Source: Torpedo marmorata
Lineage: Eukaryota
Direction of reading: 5' to 3'
Length of the DNA stretch: 64,000 bases
NCBI GenBank assembly: GCA_977017645.1
Contig: OZ360230.1
Span: 38,998,001 to 39,062,000 of the forward strand
Part shown: piece after piece, positions 12,125 to 25,019 of the stretch
Layout of the letters: the number at the start of each line of letters is the position of its first letter
Numbering within the stretch: position 1 is the stretch's first letter
Position numbers and translations under genes: made by a program
Notes under the pieces: generated by a model
Told to the model about the DNA's origin: nothing
The model's database searches: none
Seen by the model: only the letters and a program-made list of their open reading frames with translations

Positions 12125-13385
12125 GATACACACAGGAGACTGCAGATGCTGGAATCTGAATTCAAACACAATCTGCTGGAAAGAACTCAGTGGGTCAAGC
12201 AGCATCTATGGGAGAAAAAGATTGGTCAACGTTTGTGACCAAAACCCTGCATCAAGTCTGAGAACTAGTTTAAAGAGGACAGGGTGGGAGGAAGGACAGA
12301 GGCCCACATGGGATTGGCGAACCAAGGAGAGGTGAAGCATGATGGACAGAGTCAGTGGGAGACAGAGAGAGAGGCAAGAAAAACAAATGGTACAGGTAGA
12401 AGATGAGTTCTCCAGGCTGGAGTGGGTGATTAGAAGACAAAGGCTGGCAGGATGGAATCCGATAAGATGACAATGGTGGTATAAAGAGAGACCAGATGGA
12501 ACTGAAGTGGTGGTGGGTAGAGACAGAGACAGAGAAGAATGCAGTGGGGAAATGGGAGTGCAAGGGTATGGAACCAAAGAGGAGAGGGGATGAGAATGGG
12601 CGAGGAGAGGAGGGAAATGGGAGAAGAGCAGAAGTGGTACAGAAGGGGACTAGTTACATGAAATTTGAAAATTCTGTGTTCATACCTCCAGGTGGAATGA
12701 GGCCTTGTTCCTATTGTTTACATTGGGCCACACTCTGGCAGTGGAGAAGGCCAAGGACAGAAAGGTCTGTGTGGGAATGGGAAGGGGAGTTGAAATGGCA
12801 TGCAACTGGAATTTTTAGATGGCATTTGCAGACAAAGTGCAGATAGTATGTAGAATGGTCTCCGAATGTGTTTCGTCTCACCAATGTTGAGGAGCTATAT
12901 TGGGATAACCGAATGTAGCAGATGAGGTTAGAGGCGGTGCACACAAATGTTCGCCTCACAGGGAAGGGCTGTTTAGATCCCTGGATGGTGGTGAGAGAGG
13001 AGGTGCTAGAGCAGGTGTTGCACTTCCTGCAGTTGAAGTGTTCAAAGGGTTACGAAGAGGTGGGTGCAGAGTGAGGAGTGGAAAAGGGAGTCACAGAGGG
13101 AGCGATCCTGCAGAAGGCAGAAAGAAGTGGGAAGGGGTGGATGTGTCTCGTGGTAGGGATAAGTTGCAGATGGCAGAAATGACAGAGAATGATATGCAGA
13201 ATGCAGAAGCTTGTGGGGTGAAAGGTGAGGACAGAAGGAATCCCTGTCCCTGTTCCATTTGGAGTGGAAATCGGAGAAATGGAGGAAATTCAGGAGATGG
13301 CTCTATTGACTATGTCTAGGGGAATCAATATTGCTTGAAAAAGGACGGCATTTCAGATGTCCTGGAATGGAAGGCCTCATCATGA
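12125..13385 (-). mobile_element. Penelope-like retroelement 3' part, decayed
   Basis: Reverse-complement homologue of 60780-61895: GIY-YIG region, purine-rich linker and the CTGCAGATGCTGG terminal segment. Confidence 0.82.
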
Positions 13386-14790
13386 GATTGTGGCAACTGT
13401 ATCCTGGCGGGCATTAAGAACAATGACTTGAAGCTTTCTGTGAAATCATTCCGCTGGAAGAATCCTGCAGAAGAGAAGAGAGAGAGGAAGTTTGTTCTCA
13501 GATTTCTGCTGTTGGCTCTGGAGAGTTGGACCCAGTTGAGAAATGTAATAATTCACATTTGGGTTCAGCTTTCAGACTGCCAGTACACAACCAAAGCAGG
13601 AAAAACTTGAAATTCCAAAGGTGAACTTTGGGCCAATATGGAAATCCAAAATCAGTGCAGGTTTAAAAGGTGGGAAAGCTGATTTAACTCGAATTTTCAT
13701 CAATTCTTGAGGGCGATTAGAAGCGGTTGATAAGAGAACTAATTGGATAATTCATTTCAAAGAGCTTGCCACAACTGAATAGTCTTCTTCTGCACTGCAA
13801 GAATCCGGAGAGGAGGTACTCATCCTTGGCTATTTGCTTGTATTTGCAGGAACATTGTCAACTGGTTATTCCCTTCTGCTAATAGTTCATTTCATGAGCC
13901 AATACAACCAAACGTCAGTATCAGGGAGAGGGTTGGGAGCTAAGGAGGACGTGGTTTGGGGAAGTACAACCAGCACCTGATACTCCTGCCTGCATTGCAC
14001 ACAAGAAACCAAAGGCAAATTGTGATTCATGCAGTGCTTCCTAACATAAAAATCCAACGCACAGCATGCCATTCCCAATGACTGGCTTGCCCGTGGAATC
14101 TGCCAGCTACTGTGCATTCAGAACTGCTCAGACACAGCACCACAGATTATTGCATCAAGTTAACCAGCAAACTTTAACAAGAAAAATACAGATGAAATAA
14201 CAACATATAGGAATGATTTATTTTTACAGACTTCAGCATAAACATGCGTCGGATCAGTGAAGAAGATACTGCAGTTAATACAACTGGCAGCCAACCCACA
14301 TTAAAAACATATCTTAAGATGTACAACACTGCTAACGTGGAGCTGTAGGCAGGACAGTTTAACCAGATCCCACTGAAAAGCATGTTTAAATAATTAAAGT
14401 TGCTTGTCAGCAGAATTAAACATTAATTATGAGCTGTTAAGTAGGAGGAGAGCCAAAACTCTTTGGTCAGCAAGTGCTTCAGTAAAATATCTTCACCAAC
14501 CTTCTGATAACGTGAACCTTGTCCCACAAGAAGGACTGAGAATGTTCCTGTTACTTTAAGCACTGGGTATGCAGGAGCCTGTCAATCATCATCAGAAGGA
14601 GAAGTGTACCCCAGACCAGTCTGTAACCTCATGGCCTGGCATATCCTTCACAGTAGCCAGGGGATCAACTCTACTTCAACGAGGAGTGCAGAAACCGCAA
14701 CAGGTGCATCTAAAAATGAGATGTCAAACTTGGAAAACTGCGACCCTGGGCCATATGCATACTAAGCAGCAAGAACAAAATACAATCGAC

Positions 14791-15045
14791 AGGGCGGCAT
14801 GGTTAGCATAGCGGTTAGCGCAACGCTGTTACAACGCCAGCGATCAGGTCCAGGGTTCAAATCCAGCGCTGTCTGTAAGGAGTTTGTACATTCTCTCCGA
14901 GTCTGCGTGGGTTTCCTCCAGGTGTTCCGGTTTCCTCCCACCGTTCAAAACATACCGGGGGCTGTAGGTCACTTGGGTGTAATTGGGCGGCATGGGCTCA
15001 TGGGTTGAAAGGGCCTGTTACTGTGCTGAAAGTCTAAATTTAAAA
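14791..15045 (+). mobile_element. HE1-like tRNA-derived V-SINE, full length
   Basis: A box-like GGTTAGCATAGCGG, B box GGTTCAAATCC, V-domain GTCTGCGTGGGTTTCCTCC..CCGGTTTCCTCCCAC, CR1-like tail GAAAGGGCCTGTTACTGTGCTG. Confidence 0.9.
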
Positions 15046-15279
15046 TGTAAAAATATTATTTAAAATTTAAAAAATTTAACTGAATAATTCCACAATTTAT
15101 GGGTCAGATCAAAGCTCAGCTGTCTTGATATATCTAGCTATGAATGGAGATGGATAATTAAATAATTAACATGAAATGTTAAGGTTAGGCTCCAGTAACA
15201 TTTCCATGCTCAATGATGGCAGGCCAGGTATGTGAAGGCTAAAGAAAAGACTAAAGCAATTGCATACACGTTCAACCAG

Positions 15280-16240
15280 GAGTGATTAATGAAGCTTCAG
15301 GAATTGCTACAGAATTTTTTCAGAGCGGAGTCCTAAACATAATTGCTTTCAAGTGTTTCATGAATGACCTTCCTTCCATCATGAGGTCAGTACTAGGGAT
15401 ACTATCTGACGATTGCACTACGTTCAATTCTATTTGCAACTCTTCAGCAAAGGATGCCGTCTAAAGCCAGCATGTAGCAAGGCCAAGCAAGGTACAGGTA
15501 TGGTTGACAAGGGTCAAGTAATAACTGCTCTACACAAGTGTTACCAATCACCATCTCCGGCAAGTGAGGGTTGAATGATCTACCTTTGATAAATTCAGTG
15601 GTGTTACCATTAATGAGTCCTTCACCATAAACTTCGATGTGATCACCTTTGACCAGAATCTGAACTGATCCACACACACAAACGCTGTGGCTGCAAGAGC
15701 AGATTAGAAGCTGAGTATATGGAGAGTGTCCACCTCCTCACAGCCCAAAGCCCTACTATCAGGAATTTGATCAAATACTTTCTACTTGCATGAATGAATG
15801 CAACTCAAACAACACTCAAGAAGCTCACCACATATGGGACAAAACAGCCCACTTGATTGTCAGCCTGTCCACCATCTTAACTTTTGTTTCCTCCACCATT
15901 TTGAATAATGGCTGCAGTGTTCATCATTTACAAAAATTCATTGCAGTTATTCGTTTTGACTACTCCAACAGCACTTCCTAAATTTACAACCTCTGCCTTC
16001 AAGGCAACATCTGCCTGGAATTTTCACAAACAACTGTTTCCTTTCCAAGTCAGAGTATAGTGACTTGGAAATATTCCTTCAATATCACCAGGTCTAAATC
16101 CCAGAACTACCTTCCCAAAAGAGCTCAAGGAGGAGTTATTGGACCCCAGTAGTTGAGGGAGGCAGTTCACCATCATCTCAATGGCAATTAGGGATGGCCA
16201 ATAAATGAGCCTTGCCACTGACATATCCGAAAATGAATAA
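15280..16240 (+). mobile_element. Old CR1/L2-group LINE 3' fragment
   Basis: FMNDLPSIMRS..LSDDCT is a decayed RT (F)ADD region. The 3' end GGCAATTAGGGATGGCCAATAAATG recurs near 16815, 24870 and 61900 (minus). Confidence 0.75.
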
Positions 16241-16687
16241 ATAAAGCTGAAATTTTAAGCAATTTTTTATAGTTATGCTACACATTGGAGAATATTTAAT
16301 GTAGTTGTTCAAATGTTAATACAGAATAAAACATTTTAGAGTGTACAGAGACTGTATAACATGCACAGATTAGTTTCCTTGTTTCTTATATTACAAAATT
16401 GATTGCATTTAAAAAAATACCGAATTGGCTAACAGGAATGAGGAAGATGTTATACATCTTTATTATTATTCCCTCTTCAGTTCTTTTATCCAGTTACTGC
16501 TCTGTCCATGCCCAAGATCACTGAAACCTCACTGCATCATCCCTCTTTATTTTCCCTGAGTTATCTACAACTTTCAACATTGAAGGCCCTTCCATTCTCT
16601 TCCGTCTCCCTTCCTACATCTCTGGGTCTTTCAGATGAATGCTCCAACACAAGTCCACAGTTCAAAGGGGAGACTCCCTGCGATCTT

Positions 16688-16801
16688 TTTTTTTTAATAG
16701 TAATGTCGTAAGATGGTTATAATATGAATGTTAATTGCACTATGATGCTGCCGCAAAACACCGAATTTCATGACTTGTTCATGACAATAAATTCTGATTC
16801 T
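16688..16801 (+). mobile_element. Rex1/Babar 3'-end fragment, (TTCTGA)n tail subfamily
   Basis: Nearly identical to 29000-29096; flanked by GATCTT on both sides (possible TSD). Confidence 0.85.
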
Positions 16802-19800
16802 GATCTTCCCGAGGACAATTAAGAAAGGGCAATAAATACTGGTCTTGTCAATGTAAATTAATACACAGACTTGTTTTTCAAGAAGTTGTATTTTACCAAT
16901 TTGGAAAACACATACCCTTACATAACACATACATTCACAAAGAGCATTACATGATACCAGCTGTATATTACCATATTTCAAGCTCCTACCTCACTTATTT
17001 TATTAGCATTTCACCCAAGTGCATCTGGCATGGTTAACACACCCATACATTACAATATAAAAAGACCAAAACAATTTTTTTTAAAAATAAATGTCAGACT
17101 ATACATAATAAAGAGCAGCAGATGCCTGTTGCTGGATTTAAGACTGTACTATTTCAGTCCCAGGGGTCCTGCTTGATGTCCATAAACCTTTTAATGACAT
17201 CATCAGAACTATTCAATCACCATTTACTATAACTTTTAAGTTTATGTTCAGTTTTGCAAAGTAGTCAGGCCTCTGTTCTGAGGGAAAATTGCCTCACTTT
17301 TACCCATCATCTCCCCCCTCCCAACCATAACACATCTCCTCGCACCTCAATTCCATTGCCAAAATGATGGCTAGGCAGCCTGTCTGCAAGCCTTTTCCAG
17401 TGCTGCTGTGAACTGGCTGGCTTTTATAAAATATATAATTTCCACAGAAAAGAGCGGGGGCCTTTTCTAGTGGAGGAAGCCTGGTTTTCATTAATAAATG
17501 GTTGCAAAATGCAACAGCAAACAGATAGACATCCAGTGTCAGGCAGCACACTTGTATGAATTGCCCAGCTGTCTTTGACATGCTGTCAGATTAGACAGTG
17601 TTTCTTTAATATAATTGGAGTGTAGTACAGTACAATAAATATCTTGTGGAGAAACAAAAACTAATACAGGTATAAGGTATAGCCGTCTGTGCACAAACAT
17701 AATATGTCTGCACATAGGCAGTTGTTCATGTGAAAGGCAAAATATGGTTAAAATTATCAGAATGACCAGGAAGTCAATCTTATTAAAGAGTAGAAGAGCA
17801 ATTATGTTTTTGTTTCAGGAAGAGATGCACATCACCATCTCTTTTACAGGTACTTGCAAAAAGGGTACGAATGAAGGTGTAGGAGGCGATTCAACCATTT
17901 TACACTCAGTGAAAGGTGCTAGGCACAACATGGGTGGGAAGCCCGAGAGAACAAGAGGAATAATGTAAGGCAAGAAAAAAATATTAAAATGAAATTAAAT
18001 AAATCTGTATTGGTCCAGTTATTGATTGTCATGAAAGCTGCATTATATACTCAAGCAGAATTATATTTGATAACACTGTACAATTTATAAGGCAGAAATA
18101 TTAATGACTGTGCAGTTAGAAAGAAAAAGGCTGACACAACAAAGTGATTTGTCCATTTATAGGAGTAAATATTCACCTCCTTTAATATTAATGGATTTTT
18201 GCTTTGGTACTATTACACAGAATCAGTGCTTTCATTTTTTTTTTTGCTGAGATGTGTGCCCACTCGAACTAATATGCCTCCAGATCCAGATGACTCATTT
18301 TGCAAAATTTGAGAGAATGCAGCAAGGAGGAGAGCAGAAAATGGAATCGAGGGGCTTTAAAATATCCATGCAGGACTGCAAAAGAGATTGGAGAAATTTG
18401 ATTAGATTAATGTAGAAAAATATCAAGAATGGGAATAAGAGAATGATCTTTTGAACCTAATTCTAACAGTCATTTTACCTCACTGTCTGAGAAACTGCTG
18501 TGCCAAACTCTGTACTTTCCTGAACAAATAAGTACCCGATTCCTTTCATTTCTCTTATACCTCCATTAATATTTTCCTTTCATTCTTTTCTAATCTCTCT
18601 ATCCACATTTTCTCATTCCCTCCTTTCCTCCGTTTCTTTCTCTTTTTGTCCCCTCTTACATATCTGCGTCTATATGCAGAGCCATCATCAGATTCTGCTC
18701 CAGGCATGTTGGACAAGTATGAGTAAAAAAAAAGTTAACAGATGCTTCAATAGTTATTAACAAGCTACATACACAGCTGCCAATACTTAAAAATATTTTA
18801 TGGGCAAATCTTTATTGTAAAAAGCGCCTGCTCTGTCTTGCAGGTAAGTAAATAAAATATATTTATTGAATTATTTTGAAATCTCGACAGATCAAATTTT
18901 CCCTTTATCAATATTTAATGGTATAGCTGGTTTATAACATATTTAACCCCCAAAGTACAGACACCACATGAATTTAATTTTCTTCCTTAAAATTGGACCA
19001 TTTCACCCATATATCTCGATCAGTTGCCCCCCCAAAATTGTTGAGATTGCGAAAGAAATTGCACAGGAATGATGGTAGAGAGTGGTAAACAAGGGATCAG
19101 TGTGACTGAAAGCATCTGGACATTCAACCTCCAACCACATAGCCTATATTCCTCCTGCGGTGTGTCAAAAGTCATGAAGACAAAAAAAAAAAGAGACAAT
19201 CTTTGCAAATTACATGGCTCAATTAATTCACTGTTAAAAAATATACCAACCAGTTCCAATGAAGGGCTTGATGACAACAGTAATTTAAAATACTGATCTT
19301 TTACCTTTGATACCCGTGTTTAAATCAAGTCCAGGTTAATGGGATGAAGGTCCCTCTCTGACAGGAGGCTGCATGGCACAATAATTTAGAAGATTTTTCT
19401 CTCACCTTTGGGATCGGGGTTCAATAAAAAGCCTCCTCTCTCTTGTGGTGGAAATAGCATTGTGTTAAAATGAGTCTGGATAGTCACAAAATATTTCCCA
19501 ATAGGCAAAAGCATGAAACTGTGCACAGCAAAAGTGCCAGAATTCTGCACTCCATGCATAATCTTACTCAGAGGCAAAATGGAATAGAAATGCATGTTGT
19601 AGTATAGAAAATCTTTGCGTTTAATACACACCAGTATTGTATGGAGGGTGATTTAATACATCATCTTACTCAAACCATGAGCATGATCAGTGTTGCAAGT
19701 GAACAAAGTAGTTAAATATGTAATTTCACCAGTGCTGTGATTTTTATATCTTAAATATCTATCAGCAAGGTTTACAAAGGGCTAGTGCACAGTAAATAAT

Positions 19801-20079
19801 TCACATTTCTGCATGGTGGTTGGAGACAAAAAGAATTAGTGCAAAAACACTATTACAAAGAAAAGCTCCCTGCGAGGTTTCTGAGTTCAGGGAAGAGGGT
19901 GAGCTAAATTGTATGTAAAGGGAAATAGAGGACACGCTTTGGTTAAATGAGTCAGATAAATCACTAAATATATCCCACAGGCAAAAGCATAAAAATGTCC
20001 ACGCCAAAAAAAAATTCCCTGAATTCTCCACTTACTGATAACTTCACTCATGGAGCACTTTCTTTCAATAGCAGTGGCT

Positions 20080-20980
20080 TGGAATACAAGAACTGGGAGG
20101 ATGCTCCAGAACTGCTGACAACATTAATTAGAATCCAGCTTGTATAATACATACAGCTCCGGTCAGTGCGTTACCGACAGAGGTAATTTTACAGGAAAGA
20201 GTGAGGAAGGAATTTACGAGGATATTAACAGGATTGGAAAACTGCAGTATGTCAAGTAAAGGGAGGATAAATTAAGATTGAAAAAAAATCTGCAGATGCT
20301 GGAAGTACGAAATAAAAGCAGTTCTGACAAAAAGGGCAGCACAGTTAACATAGAGGGCGGCACGGTTAGCGTAGCGGTTAGTGCGATTCTGTTACAGTGC
20401 CAGCGACCAGGATTCGAATCTGGTGCTGTCTGTAAGGAGTTTGTACGTTATCCCCATGGCTCATGGGCCAAAAGGGCCTGTTACCATGCTGTATGTCTAA
20501 ATTTAAAATTTAAATTTAGAAAGCTCAGGACCTAAAACATTAACTGCTTCTCTTTGCTCAAGTGCTGCCTGACCTACAGAGTGCTAACAGCAATTTCTGT
20601 ACCTATTTAGGATAAATTAGAGTTGTGTTCTTTGAAACACCGGAAGCTGAGAGGAGATTTAATAGAGGTGTCCATGATCATGAGAGAGCTAGACAGCTAT
20701 TTCCCTTAGTTGGTTGGACATAAACAAAGGAGCATAAATTTAAAATAATTGAGAGAAGGCCCAGCCGGATAGCTTTTATTTTGTTAATAGAGTGGTACAG
20801 GTGTATTAATCACTGTCTGAAAAATGACAAGGTCAAAACCTCTCACAACATCAGAGGTAATTGGATGTCTTTGAAGAACCACCTGCAGGGCTAAAGAACT
20901 GAATGCTAGGAGATAGGAGTAGGCTGGTTATTTTGACCAGCACCAGCAATGGGCCAAATGGCTTCTCTTTGATTCTATGA
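20080..20980 (+). mobile_element. Decayed CR1 3' fragment carrying a nested insertion at 20275-20608
   Basis: Similar to the CR1 3' regions at 30540-30910 and 42560-43060; 11-bp TSD AGGATAAATTA around the insert. Confidence 0.75.
20333..20517 (+). mobile_element. HE1-like V-SINE with internal deletion and duplicated 5' end
   Basis: Head GGCGGCACGGTTAGCGTAGCGG..GGATTCGAATC joined directly to the tail; a ~21-nt copy of the head start precedes it. Confidence 0.85.
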
Positions 20981-20999
20981 CAAGGGCAGTTAAAGAGTT

Positions 21000-21460
21000 T
21001 CTGCCAGTGTAGAAATATTAAAAAACTGTAAGAGCAATGCAGTGTGTATGGGGATTATACAGCTGGAGAAGATCACAGAGGTGGGATGGCATGATCCTGG
21101 AAGCATTCTTTGGCGTGAATCTTGGAATTAATTACTGTGGCATGGGAAGCCATCAGACCTTGTCAAGAACAGCAAATGATGGGCTTGTGGCATTTGATTT
21201 GAAAGAGGATGTGGCCAGCAGAGTTTTTGATTGGTTGTAATCGGATAAGGATATAGAGAGGGCATCAGAGAAATGCAGGGTTGAGACATTAAAACTGTGG
21301 ATTAGGAAATTGGCAACAGCGAGAAAGGAATTTGTTTCAAAAGTGAAAGAAAGCAGCCTTGGTAATGGAGTGGAGTTGGGAAGGAAATCATACTTGGGGT
21401 TGAGTCGGATGCCAAGGTTCTGCATGTCTGAACTCAGGCTGAAGTGGCAGCCAGGGAGTT
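21000..21460 (-). mobile_element. Old L2 LINE fragment (post-RT region)
   Basis: QNLGIRLNP..F and LIHSFNVSTLHFSDAL resemble the L2 motifs RNLGV..D..LSF and LIHAFVTSRLDYCNAL. Confidence 0.65.
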
Positions 21461-21654
21461 TGGATTCTAGGCCAGAGGTGCCTACATACCAACATTAATG
21501 TTTCAGTCTGAGTGCTTTAGTTTCTACTAAGAGAATACAACAAATGTAGGAACTTCCTTCAGGGAACATTATACTGTTGAGCAAAAGACAACGGAAGTTA
21601 ACATCTTTCTCCGAATAAAACAGAGAAAATTTAGTACCAAGGAAGAAATACAAT

Positions 21655-22010
21655 ATTTCTCATCATCCCAAAGCACCTTCCAGTCAAAGGCATACTTATA
21701 AATGATAATTATTTAATGTACGAAAGGCAATCAATTTGGGCACAGCAGGATCCTAAAAAAGTGTTAGGATAGTCTGTTTCATTGGAGTAAACATTTCCCA
21801 GACCACCAAGGAGGATTCACCTGCTTCTTGAATACTGTGCCTGGATCTTTCACTGCCAAGTTAGAAAGCAAATGGGGCCTTGGTTTAATGTTTCAAATAA
21901 AGGTCAGCAGTTTGACAATGCAGCGTTTCCTCAACATTAGAGTGCCTTTCTAAATATTAGCTCAAATAAATGGAGAACAATTTGAACAAGGTTTATAAAT
22001 TTGTCTTGAA
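21655..22010 (-). mobile_element. Deu-SINE (SacSINE1-like), decayed
   Basis: Reverse-complement similarity to the Deu domain and tail at 33190-33600. Confidence 0.6.
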
Positions 22011-23024
22011 AAGTCTAGCCTACGTATTCATATACTCATAAGTGCTTATGTCTCAAAGGAGTTGAGCATTGGGACCAAGAGCCCATAATTTACAATAGCA
22101 ATAGTTGTACAATTAGCTACAGTAACATTTTTCAAATATCCAAAGTGTCTTTTCCATAATGTCAACTTAAAATAGATCTGCAGATTTCCCAAACCACGAC
22201 TTTAGGCTACTCTCTTAAACTGCAGTGACAAATATTGATGGTTAATTTCTAATGAGGTATATCTGCCAATCTGGTGCTCGCTTAAAGGTCCTGGACATAC
22301 GCAATCATCCCATACTCTGCTCATCTGAAATCAATCAACACTCCATTTACTCCAACAGTGCCATGCACACTGCTGTGAAACTTCCATGCTCTCTAGTGCA
22401 TTGAAGTGAGAGGCTAAGAAACAGATGGCAATGGTTTGCACGAAATCTCAAAGCCCAGTGCCACTTGCAATCAATTCAGGTCGTAGAAGCTAGTTGGAAG
22501 TTTTAGATATTATCAAGGAACTTGGAAACAACTGTTGAAAAGACGTTTACTTTCAGCTGCCATGTCAGCACACGTTAATTAAGCCAGTGAAGAATCAGAC
22601 TCAATGAAGCATGCAAAGCAATGAAATTTGTTCCTTTGACCTTGCTGGGACAAGTGCGAGCAAACCTGGTACAGAGTGGAGGATTCAAAAACTGGTACAG
22701 CATGTGATAGCATTGTTAAATGTTTGTACTTCATGTCATAATTCATAAACAACACAGTTGGAAGTGAGTTACAAGGTCATACACTTTCAATAACAATGCT
22801 ATTGCATCCTTCACTGCACAAGATCCTGGCTTTATTTGAGAGTGAATAATATAATGGAGTTTTCTTGTGATCAGTTGTGTTGGGTATCACTTGGTATCTT
22901 ACCCAAATGTGATGCTCAGTGTTGTAAACTTGATTACTGTCCCAATCACAACCTGAGTCCAGTCACTGGGTTCCAGTGTACACCTTTGTGAGATGTCAGC
23001 GTCAGAGTAGTCATTTAATATTTT

Positions 23025-23128
23025 TTTAATTTAAAGATGCTGCACGGTAACAGGCCCTTCCGGCCCATGAGCCCACACTGCCCAAATACACCCATGTGAC
23101 CAATTAACCTACTAACCCCGTACGTCTT
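23025..23128 (-). mobile_element. V-SINE 3' tail fragment
   Basis: GCACGGTAACAGGCCCTTCCGGCCCATGAGCCC matches the tail of the 14791 copy. Confidence 0.8.
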
Positions 23129-23479
23129 TACAAAATCACTGTTGGTGCTGAGCTTTAACCCCAAGAGTATGGATTAGGAATTAAGATAAATGTGCCATAT
23201 TGAACTACACGGGTACTTTTATTAGAACAGGTGGTCAGTTATAAAAGGAGAACTGCGCCCACCTTCACTGAGCTGTCACGAATATGTGCCCTGTTGGTAC
23301 ATTGTCTTTGCTGGAAATGGAACAATTCGAGATGCAATTACTGAAATGTATCCAAAAGTACAAAAGCATATCAAATTGTAGAATAATTTTGGATCTTAAC
23401 TACTTGCTGCATGATAAAGGTTTGCCCCATGTCACCTTTATTTCCTTTGTTAATTGCATTAAATCTGTGTCTGGACCTT

Positions 23480-24236
23480 CGTTGTGTGTGGAGGAAGCGT
23501 GGCCTCCCTGCCTGTCTGGAATGTGTGTATTGCGGGTGGTCACGTGTCCTCCCTGTCTGAAACTTATTCGGAAGTCACATCACCCGTCAGTCAAGGTTGG
23601 ACTCCGGCCACTAATTAGTGCACACCTCGCCGTTGGCTAATTTAAATCACCTTGGGTCATCATTGGCTAGCAGCACAGATTAGCACTGTATTTAGCACCA
23701 GCACAGAGCACATTCGCTCTCTCTGCCTCGTGGTCCAAGCCCCGGACACCGGTCCATGCCAGGTCGCTACTGTGGACGTCGCTGGAAGGGTCGCGGGTAA
23801 GGTGTGCACTACACTGAAGCTGAGCCGTAGTATTGCGATAGATCAATACTTGCAGTAGAGCCGCACCCCCATTGATCAGGGAACTGGAAGTGTGTGTAAG
23901 AGTCCCTGTTTATAGTGTGTGAGCAGGGTCGAATATAGGTACTGTTGTCGGAGTCTAACTGATGTCCGAGGTCAATGTCTATATCGTCGCTTAAGTGAAA
24001 CAGTGTGTGTAGTCTGTGAGCGGGATCGAATATAGGTTTACCGTTGTTGGAGTCTAACTGATGTCCGAGGTGAATGTCTGTATCGTCGCTTACGTGAATT
24101 AGTAATTGTATACCGTTTAACGTTCTCCCCTGTTTGTATCCCATGTGTTAATAAAAGTTACGTGTGATTGTAACACTTGTGTCCAGACTTGTCTCTCTGT
24201 GAACCCACCAAACCTGATACTCTTCTCAACACAACA
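23480..24236 (+). mobile_element. Solo LTR (757 bp) of an LTR retrotransposon
   Basis: Termini (C)GTTGTGT...ACACAACA, 5-bp TSD ACCTT (23475-23479 / 24237-24241), AATAAA near 24150, CpG retained. Confidence 0.82.
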
Positions 24237-24432
24237 ACCTTTTAGCATTGAGATAATTTCTCCATTCATTTCATGATTTTGAACAATTCGATCAAACAAA
24301 TTTCTCTGTTCTGAGGGGAACAATGCACATCCTTCCCAGAATGTGCCCAGATTTGGAGCCAATACCCCATATGGGACCAAACCAACCTGTTATTGATGTT
24401 CAACATAATTGTATTGGTTTAATGGTTTACAA

Positions 24433-24590
24433 CAGTGGTTCTCAACCTTTTTTTTCACTCACATACCAACTTAAGTAATCCCTTACTAACCACAGAGCAC
24501 CTATGACACCCTGTGCCATAGGTGCTCTGTGGTTAGTAAGGGATTACTTAAGCTTGTATGTGAGTGGAAAAAAAAGGTTGAGAACCATTG
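24433..24590. mobile_element. Palindromic hAT (Charlie-type) MITE
   Basis: TIR CAGTGGTTCTCAACC, whole element self-complementary, 8-bp TSD GTTTACAA / GTTTATAA. Confidence 0.92.
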
Positions 24591-25019
24591 GTTTATAAGT
24601 TCTAAAGCTCAGGATTCCAAATGCCTTGTAAAATCATATTCTCAATCACTTTCAGAGGTTTGTCTGCATCTACCTCCAGGTTCATCTTTCAGAACACCTT
24701 TCCTCCTACCAAACCATATTATTAGACATTACATAAAAATTTCATCAGCTGTGTCTCGCTGTTCTTTAATTCTCTCAGCCTAAATCTTGGAACTCCCTAT
24801 CCTAATAACATCTTCACCAGATGGACTGCACTGACTTAACTAACATCCTCACTAACATCTTCTGAAGGATAATTTGGGATAGGCAAAATTCACAGACTTG
24901 TTAGTAATGACTACATCCCATGAATGAATGGAAAAAAAGTCTGTCACTCACATTTTCATAGTTTATCACACTTCCCTGTTTTCTTTCAACATTACATTTT
25001 ACCACTATGATCTGTACAC

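Noticed and set aside
14791-14870. tRNA gene (A and B boxes)
   Set aside because: tRNA-derived SINE head followed by a V-domain and LINE-like tail; no complete cloverleaf.
23913-24095. Tandem CTGATG...GAAA in the LTR duplication as dimeric hammerhead ribozymes
   Set aside because: Core reads CTGATGT rather than CTGATGA, the second copy lacks GAAA, and no stem II is evident.
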